64,000 nucleotides of DNA from Myxococcota bacterium (lineage in GTDB: Bacteria > Myxococcota_A > UBA9160 > UBA4427), in NCBI GenBank assembly GCA_965250285.1, contig OZ252299.1:2272001-2336000 (forward strand), in the 5' to 3' direction. Every line of letters begins with the position of its first letter. Position 1 is the first letter of the stretch. Below are positions 9,588 through 20,829 of this stretch, piece after piece. The position numbers and the translations under genes were made by a program. The notes under the pieces were generated by a model. That model was not told where the DNA came from, did not search any database, and was given only the letters and a program-made list of their open reading frames with translations.

Positions 9588-12500
9588 GTGACCCTGCGCC
9601 GATTGCTGATCGCCAATCGGGGCGAGATCGCCGTACGCATCGCGCGGACGGCCCGCGATCTCGGGATCGAGACCGTCGGCGTGCACGGCGAAGAGGAGCC
9701 CGATGCGGCGCACCTCGCTCACGTCGATCACGTCGAGGCACTGCCCGGCTCGGGCGCCCAGCCCTACCTCGACGTCGCGGTCATCGTCGAGGCCGCCCGG
9801 CGGGCGAACGCCGACGCCGTGCACCCCGGCTATGGACTGCTGAGCGAGAGCGCCGAGCTGTCGGCCGCCTGCGCCGCGGCGGCGCTCACCTTCGTGGGTC
9901 CGACACCCGAGACGCTCCGCGTCTTCGGCGACAAGGCCGAAGCCAAGGCGCTCGCGGCGCGCGAGGGCGTGCCGCTGCTCGACGGCCTCCCCGGGCCCTG
10001 CAGTGCGGCCGAGGCCGAGTCATTTCGTCGCTCGCTCGGCGAAGCCGCTCCGATCGTGCTCAAGGCCATCTCGGGCGGTGGCGGCCGAGGCATGCGCCGG
10101 GTCGGCCCCGGAGACGATCTCGAGGCCGCCTTCGCCGCCGCCGAGCGCGAGGCCGAAGCCGCGTTCGGCCGAGCGGATCTCTACGTCGAGGCGTTCGTCG
10201 ACCGCGCCCGGCACATCGAGGTGCAGATCATCGGCGATGGCGCACATGTGGCATCGCTCGGCGACCGAGAGTGCACCCTGCAGCGACGGCACCAGAAGCT
10301 GATCGAGCTCGCTCCGGCCGGCGCCCTGCCCGACGCGACCCACGATGCGATCCACGGCGCCGCGCTCACGCTCGGTCGCGCCAGTGCGCTGCGCGGCGTC
10401 GCGACCGTCGAGTTCCTCGTCGACGCGGACGATCCGAGCCGTGCGTACTTCCTCGAGGTCAATCCCCGGCTGCAGGTCGAGCACACCGTGACCGAAGAGG
10501 TGACCGGCTTCGACCTCGTCGCCCAACAGCTTCGCGTCGCGGGGGGCGAGACGCTTGCAAACCTCGGCCTCGCCGATGGCGAGCGCATCGCGTCGCGGGG
10601 CGCCGCGCTGCAGGCGCGCATCAACGTCGAACGGATGAAGGAGGACGGCAGCGTCTGGCCCTCGGTCACCGCGGTGTCCGCCGTGCGCTGGCCCGGCGGT
10701 CCGGGCGTCCGCATCGATGCGGCCTTCCGCCCCGGCGCCGTCCCGAACGCGCGCTTCGACTCGCTCTTCGCGAAGCTCGTCGTGCGCGGCAGCGATCCGG
10801 CCGAGGCGCTGCGCCGCGCGCAGCGTGCCCTCGACGAGCTCGAGATCGTCGGCCCCGAGACCAACACCGACCTGCTCGGCGCGTTGATCGCCCGGTCCGA
10901 GGTCGCGACCGGCGACGTCACGACCCGCTTCGTCGAGACGCACGTGGCCGAGCTCGTGAAGCAGGCCGAAGAGCGGCGCGCTGCGCACTCGGCCTCCACG
11001 ACGGAGGGCGGCGGCGTCGGCGCGCGAATCGACGCGAGCGACCCGCTCGCGGTGCTCGACTATGGCCGAACCGAGGGCGGCCGAACCGAGGGCGCCATGG
11101 CGCCATCGCCCGGCGCGGCGCGGGTCGTCGCGGCCCCGCACCCCGATGGCCCGCCCGGCACGGTCCCCGAATGCGCGCCGCTGCAGGGCACGGTGCTTTC
11201 GTTCGAGGTCGAGCCCGGCGATCCGGTCGCCGAAGGGACGCCGCTCGCCGTGCTCGAGGCGATGAAGATGGAGCACGTCGTCGCGGCCGCGACCGCCGGA
11301 CGCGTCCACTCGCTGGGTGCGCGGGTCGGCGACACGGTGGCCGAGACCCATCCATTGGTGTTCGTCGAGCCCGGCGAGGTCGAGGCGGGGCTCGTGCAGA
11401 GCCACGAGCGCATCGACCCCGCTCATATCCGACCCGACCTGCAGCAGGCGATCGATCGGCACACCGTCGGACTCGACGCCGCGCGCTCGGCGGCGGTCGA
11501 GAAGCGACACGCGCGCGGCCACCGCACGGCTCGCGAGAATCTCGCCGACCTCGTCGACCCCGATTCGTTCGTCGAATACGGTCCGCTCGTCGTGGCCGCG
11601 CAGCGCCGCCGCCGCGCCCTCGACGACCTGATCGAGAACACGCCTGCCGACGGCATGGTCGCCGGCATCGGCACGGTGAACGGGCACCTCTTCGACGAGC
11701 ACGCGGCGCAGGCGGCCGTTGTCTCGTACGACTACATGGTGCTCGCGGGCACCCAGGGCGCACAGAACCACCGCAAGAAGGATCGCCTCTTCGAGCTCGC
11801 CGATCGCCAGCGTCTGCCCCTCGTGCTCTTCGCCGAAGGGGGCGGCGGACGGCCCGGCGATACGGACGGCGTGGGCGGCTCGGGTCTCGACTGTCTGGCG
11901 TTCGCGCTCTTTGCCGAGCTCTCGGGGCGGGTCCCGCTGATCGGCATCGCGAACGGTCGCTGCTTCGCCGGCAACGCCGCGCTGCTGGGGTGCTGCGACG
12001 TCGTCATCGCCACCGAGGGCTCGAACATCGGCATGGGCGGTCCGGCCATGGTCGAGGGCGGTGGACTCGGCGTCTTTCGTCCCGAAGAGATCGGCCCGCT
12101 CGACGTGCAGGTGCGCAACGGCGTCGTCGACATCGCCGTCGCCGACGAAGCCGAGGCCGTCGCGGTGGCCCGCAAGTACCTCGGGTTCTTTCAGGGTCGG
12201 ATCCGTGACTTCACCTACCGGGATCAGCGCGAGCTGCGACACGTGATCCCCGAGAACCGCCTGCGCGTGTACGACGTGCGCAGCGTGATCGACGGGCTGT
12301 GCGACAGTGACAGCGTCCTCGAGCTGCGGCGGGGCTTCGGCCACGGCATGGTGACCGCGCTCGCGCGGGTCGAGGGACGCCCGCTCGGCATCGTGGCCAA
12401 CGACCCGACGCATCTCGGCGGCGCCATCGACGCGGCGGCCGCCGACAAGGCCGCGCGCTTCATGCAGCTGTGCGACGCCCATGACCTGCCGATCCTGTTC

Positions 12501-12983
12501 CTGTGCGACACCCCGGGCATCATGGTCGGCCCCGAGGCCGAACGCGAAGGCACGGTCCGCCATGCCGCGCGCATGTTCGTGACCGCCGCGAGCCTCGATG
12601 TGCCGTTCATGACGATCGTGCTGCGCAAGGGCTATGGCCTGGGTGCCCAGGCGATGGCGGGGGGCAGCTTCAAGGCGCCGCTCTTCACCGTGGCCTGGCC
12701 GACGGGCGAGTTCGGCGGGATGGGCCTCGAAGGCGCAGTCAAGCTCGGGATGCGCCGCGAACTCGAGGCCGAGACCGACCCCGAGGCGCGCCGCGCCCTG
12801 TACGAGCGGCTCGTCGACCGCATGTACGAGAACGGCAAGGCGGTCTCGACGGCCTCGTTCTTCGAGATCGACGACGTGATCGATCCCGCCGAGAGCCGGC
12901 ATTGGATCGGCCGCGCGCTCGCCTCCACGCCACCGCGCGACCCGGCGCGCGCACACAAGCGTCCGATGATCGACCCCTGGTAG
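9588..12983 (+). CDS. Single-chain acyl-CoA carboxylase (biotin carboxylase + BCCP + carboxyltransferase)
   Basis: LLIANRGEIA, HPGYGLLSE, GGGGRGMR, EVNPRLQVEH, biotin motif EAMKM, CT motifs EGGGGRPGD and DTPGIMVG. Confidence 0.93.
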   Translation: MTLRRLLIANRGEIAVRIARTARDLGIETVGVHGEEEPDAAHLAHVDHVEALPGSGAQPYLDVAVIVEAARRANADAVHPGYGLLSESAELSAACAAAALTFVGPTPETLRVFGDKAEAKALAAREGVPLLDGLPGPCSAAEAESFRRSLGEAAPIVLKAISGGGGRGMRRVGPGDDLEAAFAAAEREAEAAFGRADLYVEAFVDRARHIEVQIIGDGAHVASLGDRECTLQRRHQKLIELAPAGALPDATHDAIHGAALTLGRASALRGVATVEFLVDADDPSRAYFLEVNPRLQVEHTVTEEVTGFDLVAQQLRVAGGETLANLGLADGERIASRGAALQARINVERMKEDGSVWPSVTAVSAVRWPGGPGVRIDAAFRPGAVPNARFDSLFAKLVVRGSDPAEALRRAQRALDELEIVGPETNTDLLGALIARSEVATGDVTTRFVETHVAELVKQAEERRAAHSASTTEGGGVGARIDASDPLAVLDYGRTEGGRTEGAMAPSPGAARVVAAPHPDGPPGTVPECAPLQGTVLSFEVEPGDPVAEGTPLAVLEAMKMEHVVAAATAGRVHSLGARVGDTVAETHPLVFVEPGEVEAGLVQSHERIDPAHIRPDLQQAIDRHTVGLDAARSAAVEKRHARGHRTARENLADLVDPDSFVEYGPLVVAAQRRRRALDDLIENTPADGMVAGIGTVNGHLFDEHAAQAAVVSYDYMVLAGTQGAQNHRKKDRLFELADRQRLPLVLFAEGGGGRPGDTDGVGGSGLDCLAFALFAELSGRVPLIGIANGRCFAGNAALLGCCDVVIATEGSNIGMGGPAMVEGGGLGVFRPEEIGPLDVQVRNGVVDIAVADEAEAVAVARKYLGFFQGRIRDFTYRDQRELRHVIPENRLRVYDVRSVIDGLCDSDSVLELRRGFGHGMVTALARVEGRPLGIVANDPTHLGGAIDAAAADKAARFMQLCDAHDLPILFLCDTPGIMVGPEAEREGTVRHAARMFVTAASLDVPFMTIVLRKGYGLGAQAMAGGSFKAPLFTVAWPTGEFGGMGLEGAVKLGMRRELEAETDPEARRALYERLVDRMYENGKAVSTASFFEIDDVIDPAESRHWIGRALASTPPRDPARAHKRPMIDPW
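11064..11093 (+). repeat. Perfect 15-nt tandem duplication within the carboxylase linker (GRTEG x2)
   Basis: GGCCGAACCGAGGGC repeated twice in frame. Confidence 0.85.
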
Positions 12984-12990
12984 CCGGCGT

Positions 12991-13707
12991 TCAGGCGGCC
13001 GGAGCAAACACCAGCGCAGCGATCAGATCGCCGATGCGCGCGAATGCGCCTGCATGAGGGCCTCCGCCGAGCGGACCCGCGTGCGCCCCCCCGACGAAGA
13101 GGGCCTCGAACCGCCCTGCTCCCCCCGGCCGGATCTCGACGTCACGAAAACCGAGACGCCGACCGGTGATCGGCGACCAGGCCTTGTACGCGGCCTCTTT
13201 CGCCACGAACGCGAGTGCGGGCGGCACCGGCGTGCGCGCCGAGGCGAAGTGCGCACGTTCGACCGAAGTCGTCACGCGTGCGAACAGCGCAGTCGAGACT
13301 CGGTGAGTCGATTCGACGTCGAGGCCCAGCGCGATGAGTTCGTCGTCCCGGGCCACGATGGCCGCGCAGTGCGCGTCGGCATGCGCGATGCTGCCAACGC
13401 ATCCGCCCGGCCAGGCAGGTGCCTCCGCCGCCTCGCCACCGCCCCCGACGCGCAACAGCGGCGCCCGAGGTACACCGAGTGCGTCGAGCGCGTCGTGGGC
13501 GCAGGCCCGACCGGCCGCAAACGCGGTGCGTCGTCGAGCGTGGACGTCCTGGACGAGCGCGGCCTCCTCACGCTGGAGCGCGTCTCGCCAATCCGCACGC
13601 GCCGCCTCGCGGACGACGACGCGATCCTCCAGCCCGGCCCGCTCGACGACCTGCGCGACGAGTCCACGGGTGGACGACACCCTCGTACGCTCGCGGTTCA
13701 TGGCCAT
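12991..13707 (-). CDS. 4'-phosphopantetheinyl transferase (EntD/Sfp-like)
   Basis: RRRTAFAAGRACAH, PAWPGGCVGSIAH, LGLDVE, FVAKEAAYKAW. GGAGG upstream of ATG 13707. Confidence 0.88.
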   Translation of the reverse strand: MAMNRERTRVSSTRGLVAQVVERAGLEDRVVVREAARADWRDALQREEAALVQDVHARRRTAFAAGRACAHDALDALGVPRAPLLRVGGGGEAAEAPAWPGGCVGSIAHADAHCAAIVARDDELIALGLDVESTHRVSTALFARVTTSVERAHFASARTPVPPALAFVAKEAAYKAWSPITGRRLGFRDVEIRPGGAGRFEALFVGGAHAGPLGGGPHAGAFARIGDLIAALVFAPAA

Positions 13708-13795
13708 CGGCCCTCCCCGGGCGAGGCCGCCCTCCGAGCCTCCAGGCCGATCGCAGCCGCACCGCGCCGCCTCCCGCGTGCGCCCTGCCGAGGCC

Positions 13796-15400
13796 TCACC
13801 GGTCCCACCCGCACGCGCAGTCTTCACCGCGCCACTGCTGCGCCCGCGCGAGGCTCGCGCGAGCGACCCGCCAGACGACGGCGTCCGGCGCCGCAGCGAA
13901 GGGCACGCGGCGCGCGAGTCGATCGAACACGCGAAGGCGCGATCGCGCGGAGAGCGTCGAATCGGGAATCGCCGCGTTCAACGCCGCGAGGTCGCGCACG
14001 CGCGCCGCATCATCGAGCTTTGCTTCGAAGCGCACGGCGTCGCACTCGATCAGGAGTGCGTCGAAGCGCCCATTCGGCGAGCGACGCGCTCGCAGCATCA
14101 CTTGGGGCGACTCCAGATCGCCCGTCGAAACGTCGGCCGCGTGCAGCCGGATGAGCAAGCGCGCGAGCGCATCGGTGATGTGCGCGGGCGAGGGTCGGGG
14201 TGCCGCGGGCTCGGGCACACCTCTCGCATCGACGCCGGGCAACCGAAGGGGCGCCGTGACGGGCCAGCCGCCGCGCACGTCTTCGAGCACCACCCACGAG
14301 CCGACGAGCAGCCCGAACCGGCGCCGCTCGAGCCAGGCGAAGGGCCGCGCCGTCGCCACCCCTCGCAGGAGCAGCCCGTGGCCTTCGACGAACGCGCGGC
14401 GGCCGGACGAGCCGCGCAGGCGGCGGGCGACGCGGCGTCGCAGGCGGGGCTCGCGGCGCTCGCGCACGACCAGTCGGCGCGCGCCCACCTGAACGGCGGT
14501 AACGAGCGATCGGCCGTCGCGCTTCAGCACCTCCCCCGCGCCGGGGCTTCCGGCGCAGACGCCGCGCTCGGTCGAAACAGGGGCCGCGGCGAGGCGCGCG
14601 ACGCGGGTGTGCGCTGCGAGGGCGGCCACGACGTCGGCTTCATCGATCTCGGCCAGCCGTAGACCGCGAAGCCCCCTGCCGACGATGCGCGCGCGCCCGT
14701 CTTCGGCGCGCGCCACCCGGCGCGTCCGCGCAGTCGCGAACTGACGTGCCCGGCGACGGATGACCGGTGCGACCGCCCGGAGGCGTGCCCTCGCCTCCCC
14801 CTCGGCGGGACCCCGATCGACACCGAGGGCCGCGCGCCGGAAACGCATCCGATCGCCCAGCGGCACGCCGAGCAGCCACATCGAGTGTTCGAAGCGCGCG
14901 ACGTCCCAGACCCGGGCCGCATCACGCGCAGCATCGGGACGCGCGCGTTGCCAATCGATCAGCGCCGGCGTCTCGCCCTCGACCAGGACGTTCTCCTCGT
15001 GCAGATCGTTGTGCACCCATCCGGCGAGATGCGCCTGCCTCAGCTGTCGACCGATCGCCTCGAGGATGCGTCGACGTCGCCACGGCTCTTCGAGACAGTC
15101 GACGAGGTGGTCGCCCGGCACGAAAGTCTGTACGAGTCGGCGCGTACCCGCGCCGGTCGACGCTTCGTCGACGAGCCGCGGCGCACGCACGCCGGCCTCG
15201 GCCAGTGCCCGCAGCGCCCGCGCCTCGCGCTGCGCCGCGGCGATGCCGAACCACCCCTTGAGCCCTTCGCGCAAGCGACGCAGAGGCGTGCGCGCGAGGA
15301 ACTCCTTGCGAACGACCCGCGCCCCGCCCTCGCTCGACTCGACGAAGACGACACGACGCACGCTGCGAGCGAGGCACTCGGCCGGCGGTGCGACGGTCAT
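13796..15400 (-). CDS. Lipopolysaccharide kinase (Kdo/WaaP/InaA family), two kinase-like domains
   Basis: AQREARALRAL, HLAGWVHNDLHEENVL, LIDWQ. The second domain (RLHAADVSTGDL..LIECD) is degenerate. Overlaps the GT4 stop. Confidence 0.75.
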   Translation of the reverse strand: MTVAPPAECLARSVRRVVFVESSEGGARVVRKEFLARTPLRRLREGLKGWFGIAAAQREARALRALAEAGVRAPRLVDEASTGAGTRRLVQTFVPGDHLVDCLEEPWRRRRILEAIGRQLRQAHLAGWVHNDLHEENVLVEGETPALIDWQRARPDAARDAARVWDVARFEHSMWLLGVPLGDRMRFRRAALGVDRGPAEGEARARLRAVAPVIRRRARQFATARTRRVARAEDGRARIVGRGLRGLRLAEIDEADVVAALAAHTRVARLAAAPVSTERGVCAGSPGAGEVLKRDGRSLVTAVQVGARRLVVRERREPRLRRRVARRLRGSSGRRAFVEGHGLLLRGVATARPFAWLERRRFGLLVGSWVVLEDVRGGWPVTAPLRLPGVDARGVPEPAAPRPSPAHITDALARLLIRLHAADVSTGDLESPQVMLRARRSPNGRFDALLIECDAVRFEAKLDDAARVRDLAALNAAIPDSTLSARSRLRVFDRLARRVPFAAAPDAVVWRVARASLARAQQWRGEDCACGWDR

Positions 15401-16626
15401 CGACCCGACACCCGCGCCCGCCGCGAAGCAGCGATCCGCGTGTAGACCGCGCGCGTCTCATCGACGACGCGCTTCCAGTCGCGCACCTCGACCGCGCGCC
15501 GCGCATCGCGTGCGATCCGGCCGCGACGACGACCATCCGCGAGCCGGTCGAGTGCGGCAGCGAACGACTCGGCGTTCTCGACGTCGGCGATCACGAGATC
15601 GGGATCGACGAAGGGCGCGGTGTGCCCACATGCGCGACTCGTCACGACCGGCTTGCCGGCTGCGGCGGCCTCGAGCACGACCAGGGGCGCCGGGTCGTAG
15701 CGCGTGGGCAGCAGCAGGCCATCGCAGGCTGCGAGCCATCGATCGACGTCGCGTCGCTCGCCGAGGAATCGAACGCGCGCCTCCACCCCCAGCCTGCGGG
15801 CCAGGAGACGCCAGCGCAGCGGGCGATCGTGCCCGATCACCCAGAGCACGGAACGTTCGATGCTCGAACGCGCGAGCGCCTCGATGGCGATGCCGAGGCC
15901 CTTGCGGCGAAAGCCCGAGCCCAGGAAGAGCCAAACGGCGTCGGCACCGGCCGCGTGTTCGGCCCGCAGCGACTCGCTCGACGACGGCTCGGGCGGCGCC
16001 GCGAAGCGCGCGACGTCGACGCCGTTCGGCAGGTGGATCAGCCGGTCGTCGGGCACGTCGTAGTGTTGCCGAAAATCATCTGCGACGGCCTCGGACACGC
16101 ACTGGATCGCGATGCGCGGATCGCGGGCGATCTGTGCCTCGAGCTGAAGCTGGACGGCATGGCGCAGCGAAAAGCGGCGAGCCGTGCGAGCGAGCGCGCC
16201 ATGCACCGCGCGCAGGTAGGCCGCGTGACACCCCACGCCCGAATGGAAGAGATCCTGCGCATGGACCCGGGCGAAGCCATGCACCACGTCGAAGGGCTCG
16301 CGCTCGACGACCTGCCGCGCGCCGCGCGAGAACTCGAGCAGCCGCAGCCCTCGCACCGCTGCCGACGCGTTCACTCGGTGCACGCGCGCGCCGGTCCCCG
16401 CTTCGGGTTGCGCCGCCGCGTCGGCGTCGACGTCGCGGGCGATCACGTGGACCTCGTCCCCATGTCGCACCAGCCCGTCGGCCAGCTCGCGGACGACCCG
16501 CTCGACGCCGCTTCCGCCGCGGGTATACCGCTCGACCACGAGGGCGACCCGCAGCGGACGCCCGGCCTCGGCATCAGGGGGCACGGTGGGGCTCCTTGCG
16601 CGCACGCTCGATCGCTCGGGAGGCAA
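15397..16626 (-). CDS. Glycosyltransferase family 4 (WaaG/RfaG-like)
   Basis: RVALVVERY..GVER, LPNGVD, FLGSGFRRKGL, LLPTRYDP..LVVLEAAAAGKPVVTS. Start uncertain. Confidence 0.88.
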   Translation of the reverse strand: MPPERSSVRARSPTVPPDAEAGRPLRVALVVERYTRGGSGVERVVRELADGLVRHGDEVHVIARDVDADAAAQPEAGTGARVHRVNASAAVRGLRLLEFSRGARQVVEREPFDVVHGFARVHAQDLFHSGVGCHAAYLRAVHGALARTARRFSLRHAVQLQLEAQIARDPRIAIQCVSEAVADDFRQHYDVPDDRLIHLPNGVDVARFAAPPEPSSSESLRAEHAAGADAVWLFLGSGFRRKGLGIAIEALARSSIERSVLWVIGHDRPLRWRLLARRLGVEARVRFLGERRDVDRWLAACDGLLLPTRYDPAPLVVLEAAAAGKPVVTSRACGHTAPFVDPDLVIADVENAESFAAALDRLADGRRRGRIARDARRAVEVRDWKRVVDETRAVYTRIAASRRARVSGR

Positions 16627-16800
16627 CGCGCGAGCCCGAGCCAGGGGTCGAAGATCACGATGCTACCGGATGAACCCGGGTGACGCTGACCGACTCAGGC
16701 ACCTTCCGGGTCGAGTCGGCGTGAGCTTGATACCCTCGGCCGCTCGCGTGCCCTCGCGGTGTGCGAGCGCGAAGCCAGTCCTCGTTCATCGGAGCCCGAC

Positions 16801-18402
16801 ATGCCCCTCGACCCCGCCGACGTCGCCGCCTTCCAGTTCAACGGTCAGGACATTCCCTGGCTCGTCGAACACTGGGCGACGCACAAGCCCGACCATCCCT
16901 TCCTCGTATGGGAGCCGAAGAGCGGCGAGACGAAGACGTGGACGTACGCCGAGTTCGCCGACGCCGTCGCGCGGCTCGCCGGTGGCCTGCACGGCCGCGG
17001 CGTGCGCAAAGGCGACAAGGTGCTGATTCACGCCGAGAACTCTCCCGAGATGGTGCTCGGCTGGTACGCCTGCGCCAAGGTCGGCGCCGTCGGAGTCACG
17101 ACGAATACGCGCAGCGCCGGCGCCGAGCTCACGTACTTCGCCGAGCACACACAGTGTGTCGGTGCGATCACGCAGCCCCAGTTCGCCAAGCTCGTGCAGG
17201 ACAACTGCAAGGGGCTCGGCTGGATCGTCGTGACCGAGGACAACAGCGGCGAGGCGGCCGGCGCGGCCGACCTCGATCACGGCCTCGATGGCTTCGACAC
17301 CCTCTATGGCGAGGCCGATGCCTTCCCTGGCCGCCCCGCCGAGCCGATGCTGCCGGCGGGCATCATGTTCACGTCGGGTACGACGTCGCGCCCGAAGGCG
17401 GTCGTCCATACCCACGCCAACGCGCTGTGGGCGAGCCGCATGGGGCCCCAGAACATCAACATGCGCGAGCACGGCGTGTACCTGATCTATCTGCCGTTCT
17501 TCCACGTCAACGCCCAGAGCTGGTCGACGTGGACGACGCTCGGCGTCGGCGGCACGATCGTGCTGCAGCCGAAGTTCTCGAAGAGCCGCTTTTGGGAGGT
17601 GATCCTGCGGCACGACGTAACACACATCTCGCTGATCCCCTTCGTCTTCAAGGCCGTCGCCGATCAGCCGATCCCCGACCACAAGCTCGAGGTCGGCGTG
17701 TTCGGCCTGATCATGCCGGTGCTCGAGGGCTGGCTGAAGCTCAAGGTCACCGCGAACTGGGGCATGACCGAGACGGTGATCCACGCGACGCGCAACGACT
17801 TCTTCCAGACATATCCCGATGGCTCGATGGGCAAGCCGACGCCGGGCTACGAGTTCATGATCGTGAACCCCGAGACCGAGCAGCCCTGTCCGAACGGCGA
17901 GATCGGCGAGCTGTGGGTGCGCGGCACGCGCGGCGTCCAGCTCTTCCTCGAGTACTACGACAACGACGAGGCCAACTCGAAGTCGTTCACGAACGACGGC
18001 TGGTTCAAGACCGGCGACATGGTCGTGATGGGCGAGGCCGGGAACTTCTTCTACAAGGATCGCGACAAGGACGCACTCAAGGTCGGCGGTGAGAACGTCT
18101 CGGCCCGTGAGGTCGAAGACTGCGTGCGCACGGCCGGCGGGATCGGCGACGTCGCGGTGGTCGCGAAGAGCCACGAGATGCTCGACATGGTGCCGGTGGC
18201 TTTCGTCGTGCGCGGGCCCGATGCGCCCGAGAGCGAAGACGAGCATGCGACCAAGATCATCGATGCATGCAAGGCCAGCCTCGCCGACTTCAAGGTGCCG
18301 CGCGCGGTCTACTTCGTCGACGACTTCCCGAAGGCCACGCTCGACAAGGTGGCGAAGAACAAGCTGCGAGAGATGGCGGACGAGTATCCGGCCGTCGTCT
18401 GA
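16801..18402 (+). CDS. AMP-dependent acyl-CoA ligase (CaiC-like)
   Basis: FTSGTTSRPKAV, WGMTET, GWFKTGD, KVGGENVS, FKVP, terminal K..KNKLR. Confidence 0.9.
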   Translation: MPLDPADVAAFQFNGQDIPWLVEHWATHKPDHPFLVWEPKSGETKTWTYAEFADAVARLAGGLHGRGVRKGDKVLIHAENSPEMVLGWYACAKVGAVGVTTNTRSAGAELTYFAEHTQCVGAITQPQFAKLVQDNCKGLGWIVVTEDNSGEAAGAADLDHGLDGFDTLYGEADAFPGRPAEPMLPAGIMFTSGTTSRPKAVVHTHANALWASRMGPQNINMREHGVYLIYLPFFHVNAQSWSTWTTLGVGGTIVLQPKFSKSRFWEVILRHDVTHISLIPFVFKAVADQPIPDHKLEVGVFGLIMPVLEGWLKLKVTANWGMTETVIHATRNDFFQTYPDGSMGKPTPGYEFMIVNPETEQPCPNGEIGELWVRGTRGVQLFLEYYDNDEANSKSFTNDGWFKTGDMVVMGEAGNFFYKDRDKDALKVGGENVSAREVEDCVRTAGGIGDVAVVAKSHEMLDMVPVAFVVRGPDAPESEDEHATKIIDACKASLADFKVPRAVYFVDDFPKATLDKVAKNKLREMADEYPAVV

Positions 18403-18426
18403 GCGCGGTCGGACCACGCCGCGAAG

Positions 18427-19797
<1,371 letters not shown>

Positions 19798-19804
19798 CCG
19801 GAGA

Positions 19805-19864
19805 GTGTTTCACATGAAACGAATTGACACAAACTATGATTCACATGAAACGCATGTGAAACAC
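19805..19864. promoter_or_regulatory. Palindromic upstream activator sites (probable bEBP enhancer)
   Basis: GTTTCA-CA-TGAAAC (19807-19820), GATTCA-CA-TGAAAC (19838-19851), and a perfect 12-bp inverted pair GTGTTTCACATG (19805-19816) / CATGTGAAACAC (19853-19864) in an AT-rich island. Confidence 0.75.
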
Positions 19865-19910
19865 CATGAGCGGCCTCGCGCGAATCACGACCACGAGAGA
19901 GTTTCACGGC

Positions 19911-19926
19911 TGGCATCCCTTCTGCA
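19911..19926 (+). promoter_or_regulatory. Sigma-54 -24/-12 promoter
   Basis: TGGCATCCCTTCTGCA with exact GG-N10-GC spacing, upstream of pdo and next to a divergent bEBP. Confidence 0.85.
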
Positions 19927-19968
19927 ATGAACCCGACCGGGCACACCGCCGAGCCCGTGGAGGACGCC

Positions 19969-20829
19969 ATGGAGATCAAGCCCTTCTTCGACCCCGACAC
20001 CTGGACCCTCACGTACGTGGTCCACCAGGAGGGCGTCGGCGTCGTCATCGATTCGGTGCTCGACTTCGACCCGGCCAGCGGCCGCACGGCCACCCGCTCG
20101 GTCGACGACGTCTCCGCCTACGTCGAGGCGCAGGGGCTGGACGTGCCCTGGGTGCTCGATACCCACGCGCACGCCGACCACATGAGCGCGATGCAAATCG
20201 TGAAGCAGCGCCACGGTGCGCGGACGGTGATCGGCGACGGCATCCAGGGCGTGCAGGCCACGTTCAAGAAGATCTTCCATCTCGGCGACGCCTTCGCGAC
20301 CGACGGCTCGCAGTTCGACCTGTTGATGGCGGGCGGCAGCACGATCGATGCAGGCCCCTTCGAGATCGAGGCGATCCACACGCCCGGTCATACCAAGGCG
20401 TGCCTCACGTACCGCATCGGCGACGCGCTCTTCGTCGGCGATGTCCTCTTCCAGCCCGACTACGGAACGGCGCGCGCCGACTTTCCCGGCGGCTCCGCCC
20501 CCGATCTCTACGACTCGGTCCAGCGCCTGTACGAGCTGCCCGGCGATACCCGCGTATTCACCGGCCACGACTACCTCCCGGATGGTCGCCCCCTCGCCTT
20601 CGAGAGCACGATCGCCGAGCAACGCACGCACAACGTGCAGCTGACGACGCAGACGACCAAGGCCGAGTTCGTGAAGTTCCGTGAGGAGCGCGACGGCGCG
20701 CTGGCGGTTCCGCGACTGATCCTCCCCTCGGTGCAGGTCAATATCCGCGCCGGTCACATGCCCGAGCCCGAGAGCGATGGCGTCTCGTACCTGAAGATTC
20801 CGGTCGACGTGATTGGAGGGGGACGGTGA
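19969..20829 (+). CDS. pdo: Persulfide dioxygenase (ETHE1/Blh-type MBL-fold)
   Basis: FFDPDTWTLTYVV, IDSVLDFD, DTHAHADH, HTPGHT, GDVLF.PDYGTARADFPGG, GHDY, PRLILPSVQVNIRAG. Confidence 0.9.
   Translation: MEIKPFFDPDTWTLTYVVHQEGVGVVIDSVLDFDPASGRTATRSVDDVSAYVEAQGLDVPWVLDTHAHADHMSAMQIVKQRHGARTVIGDGIQGVQATFKKIFHLGDAFATDGSQFDLLMAGGSTIDAGPFEIEAIHTPGHTKACLTYRIGDALFVGDVLFQPDYGTARADFPGGSAPDLYDSVQRLYELPGDTRVFTGHDYLPDGRPLAFESTIAEQRTHNVQLTTQTTKAEFVKFREERDGALAVPRLILPSVQVNIRAGHMPEPESDGVSYLKIPVDVIGGGR

Noticed and set aside
10020..13007. 995-aa antisense ORF, and similar long shadow ORFs (3476-5755, 41325-43568, 46085-48439, 53866-56205, 56426-58876, 62668-63921)
   Set aside because: They mirror well-supported genes on the other strand, have no motifs, and are expected from high GC3 bias depleting antisense stops.
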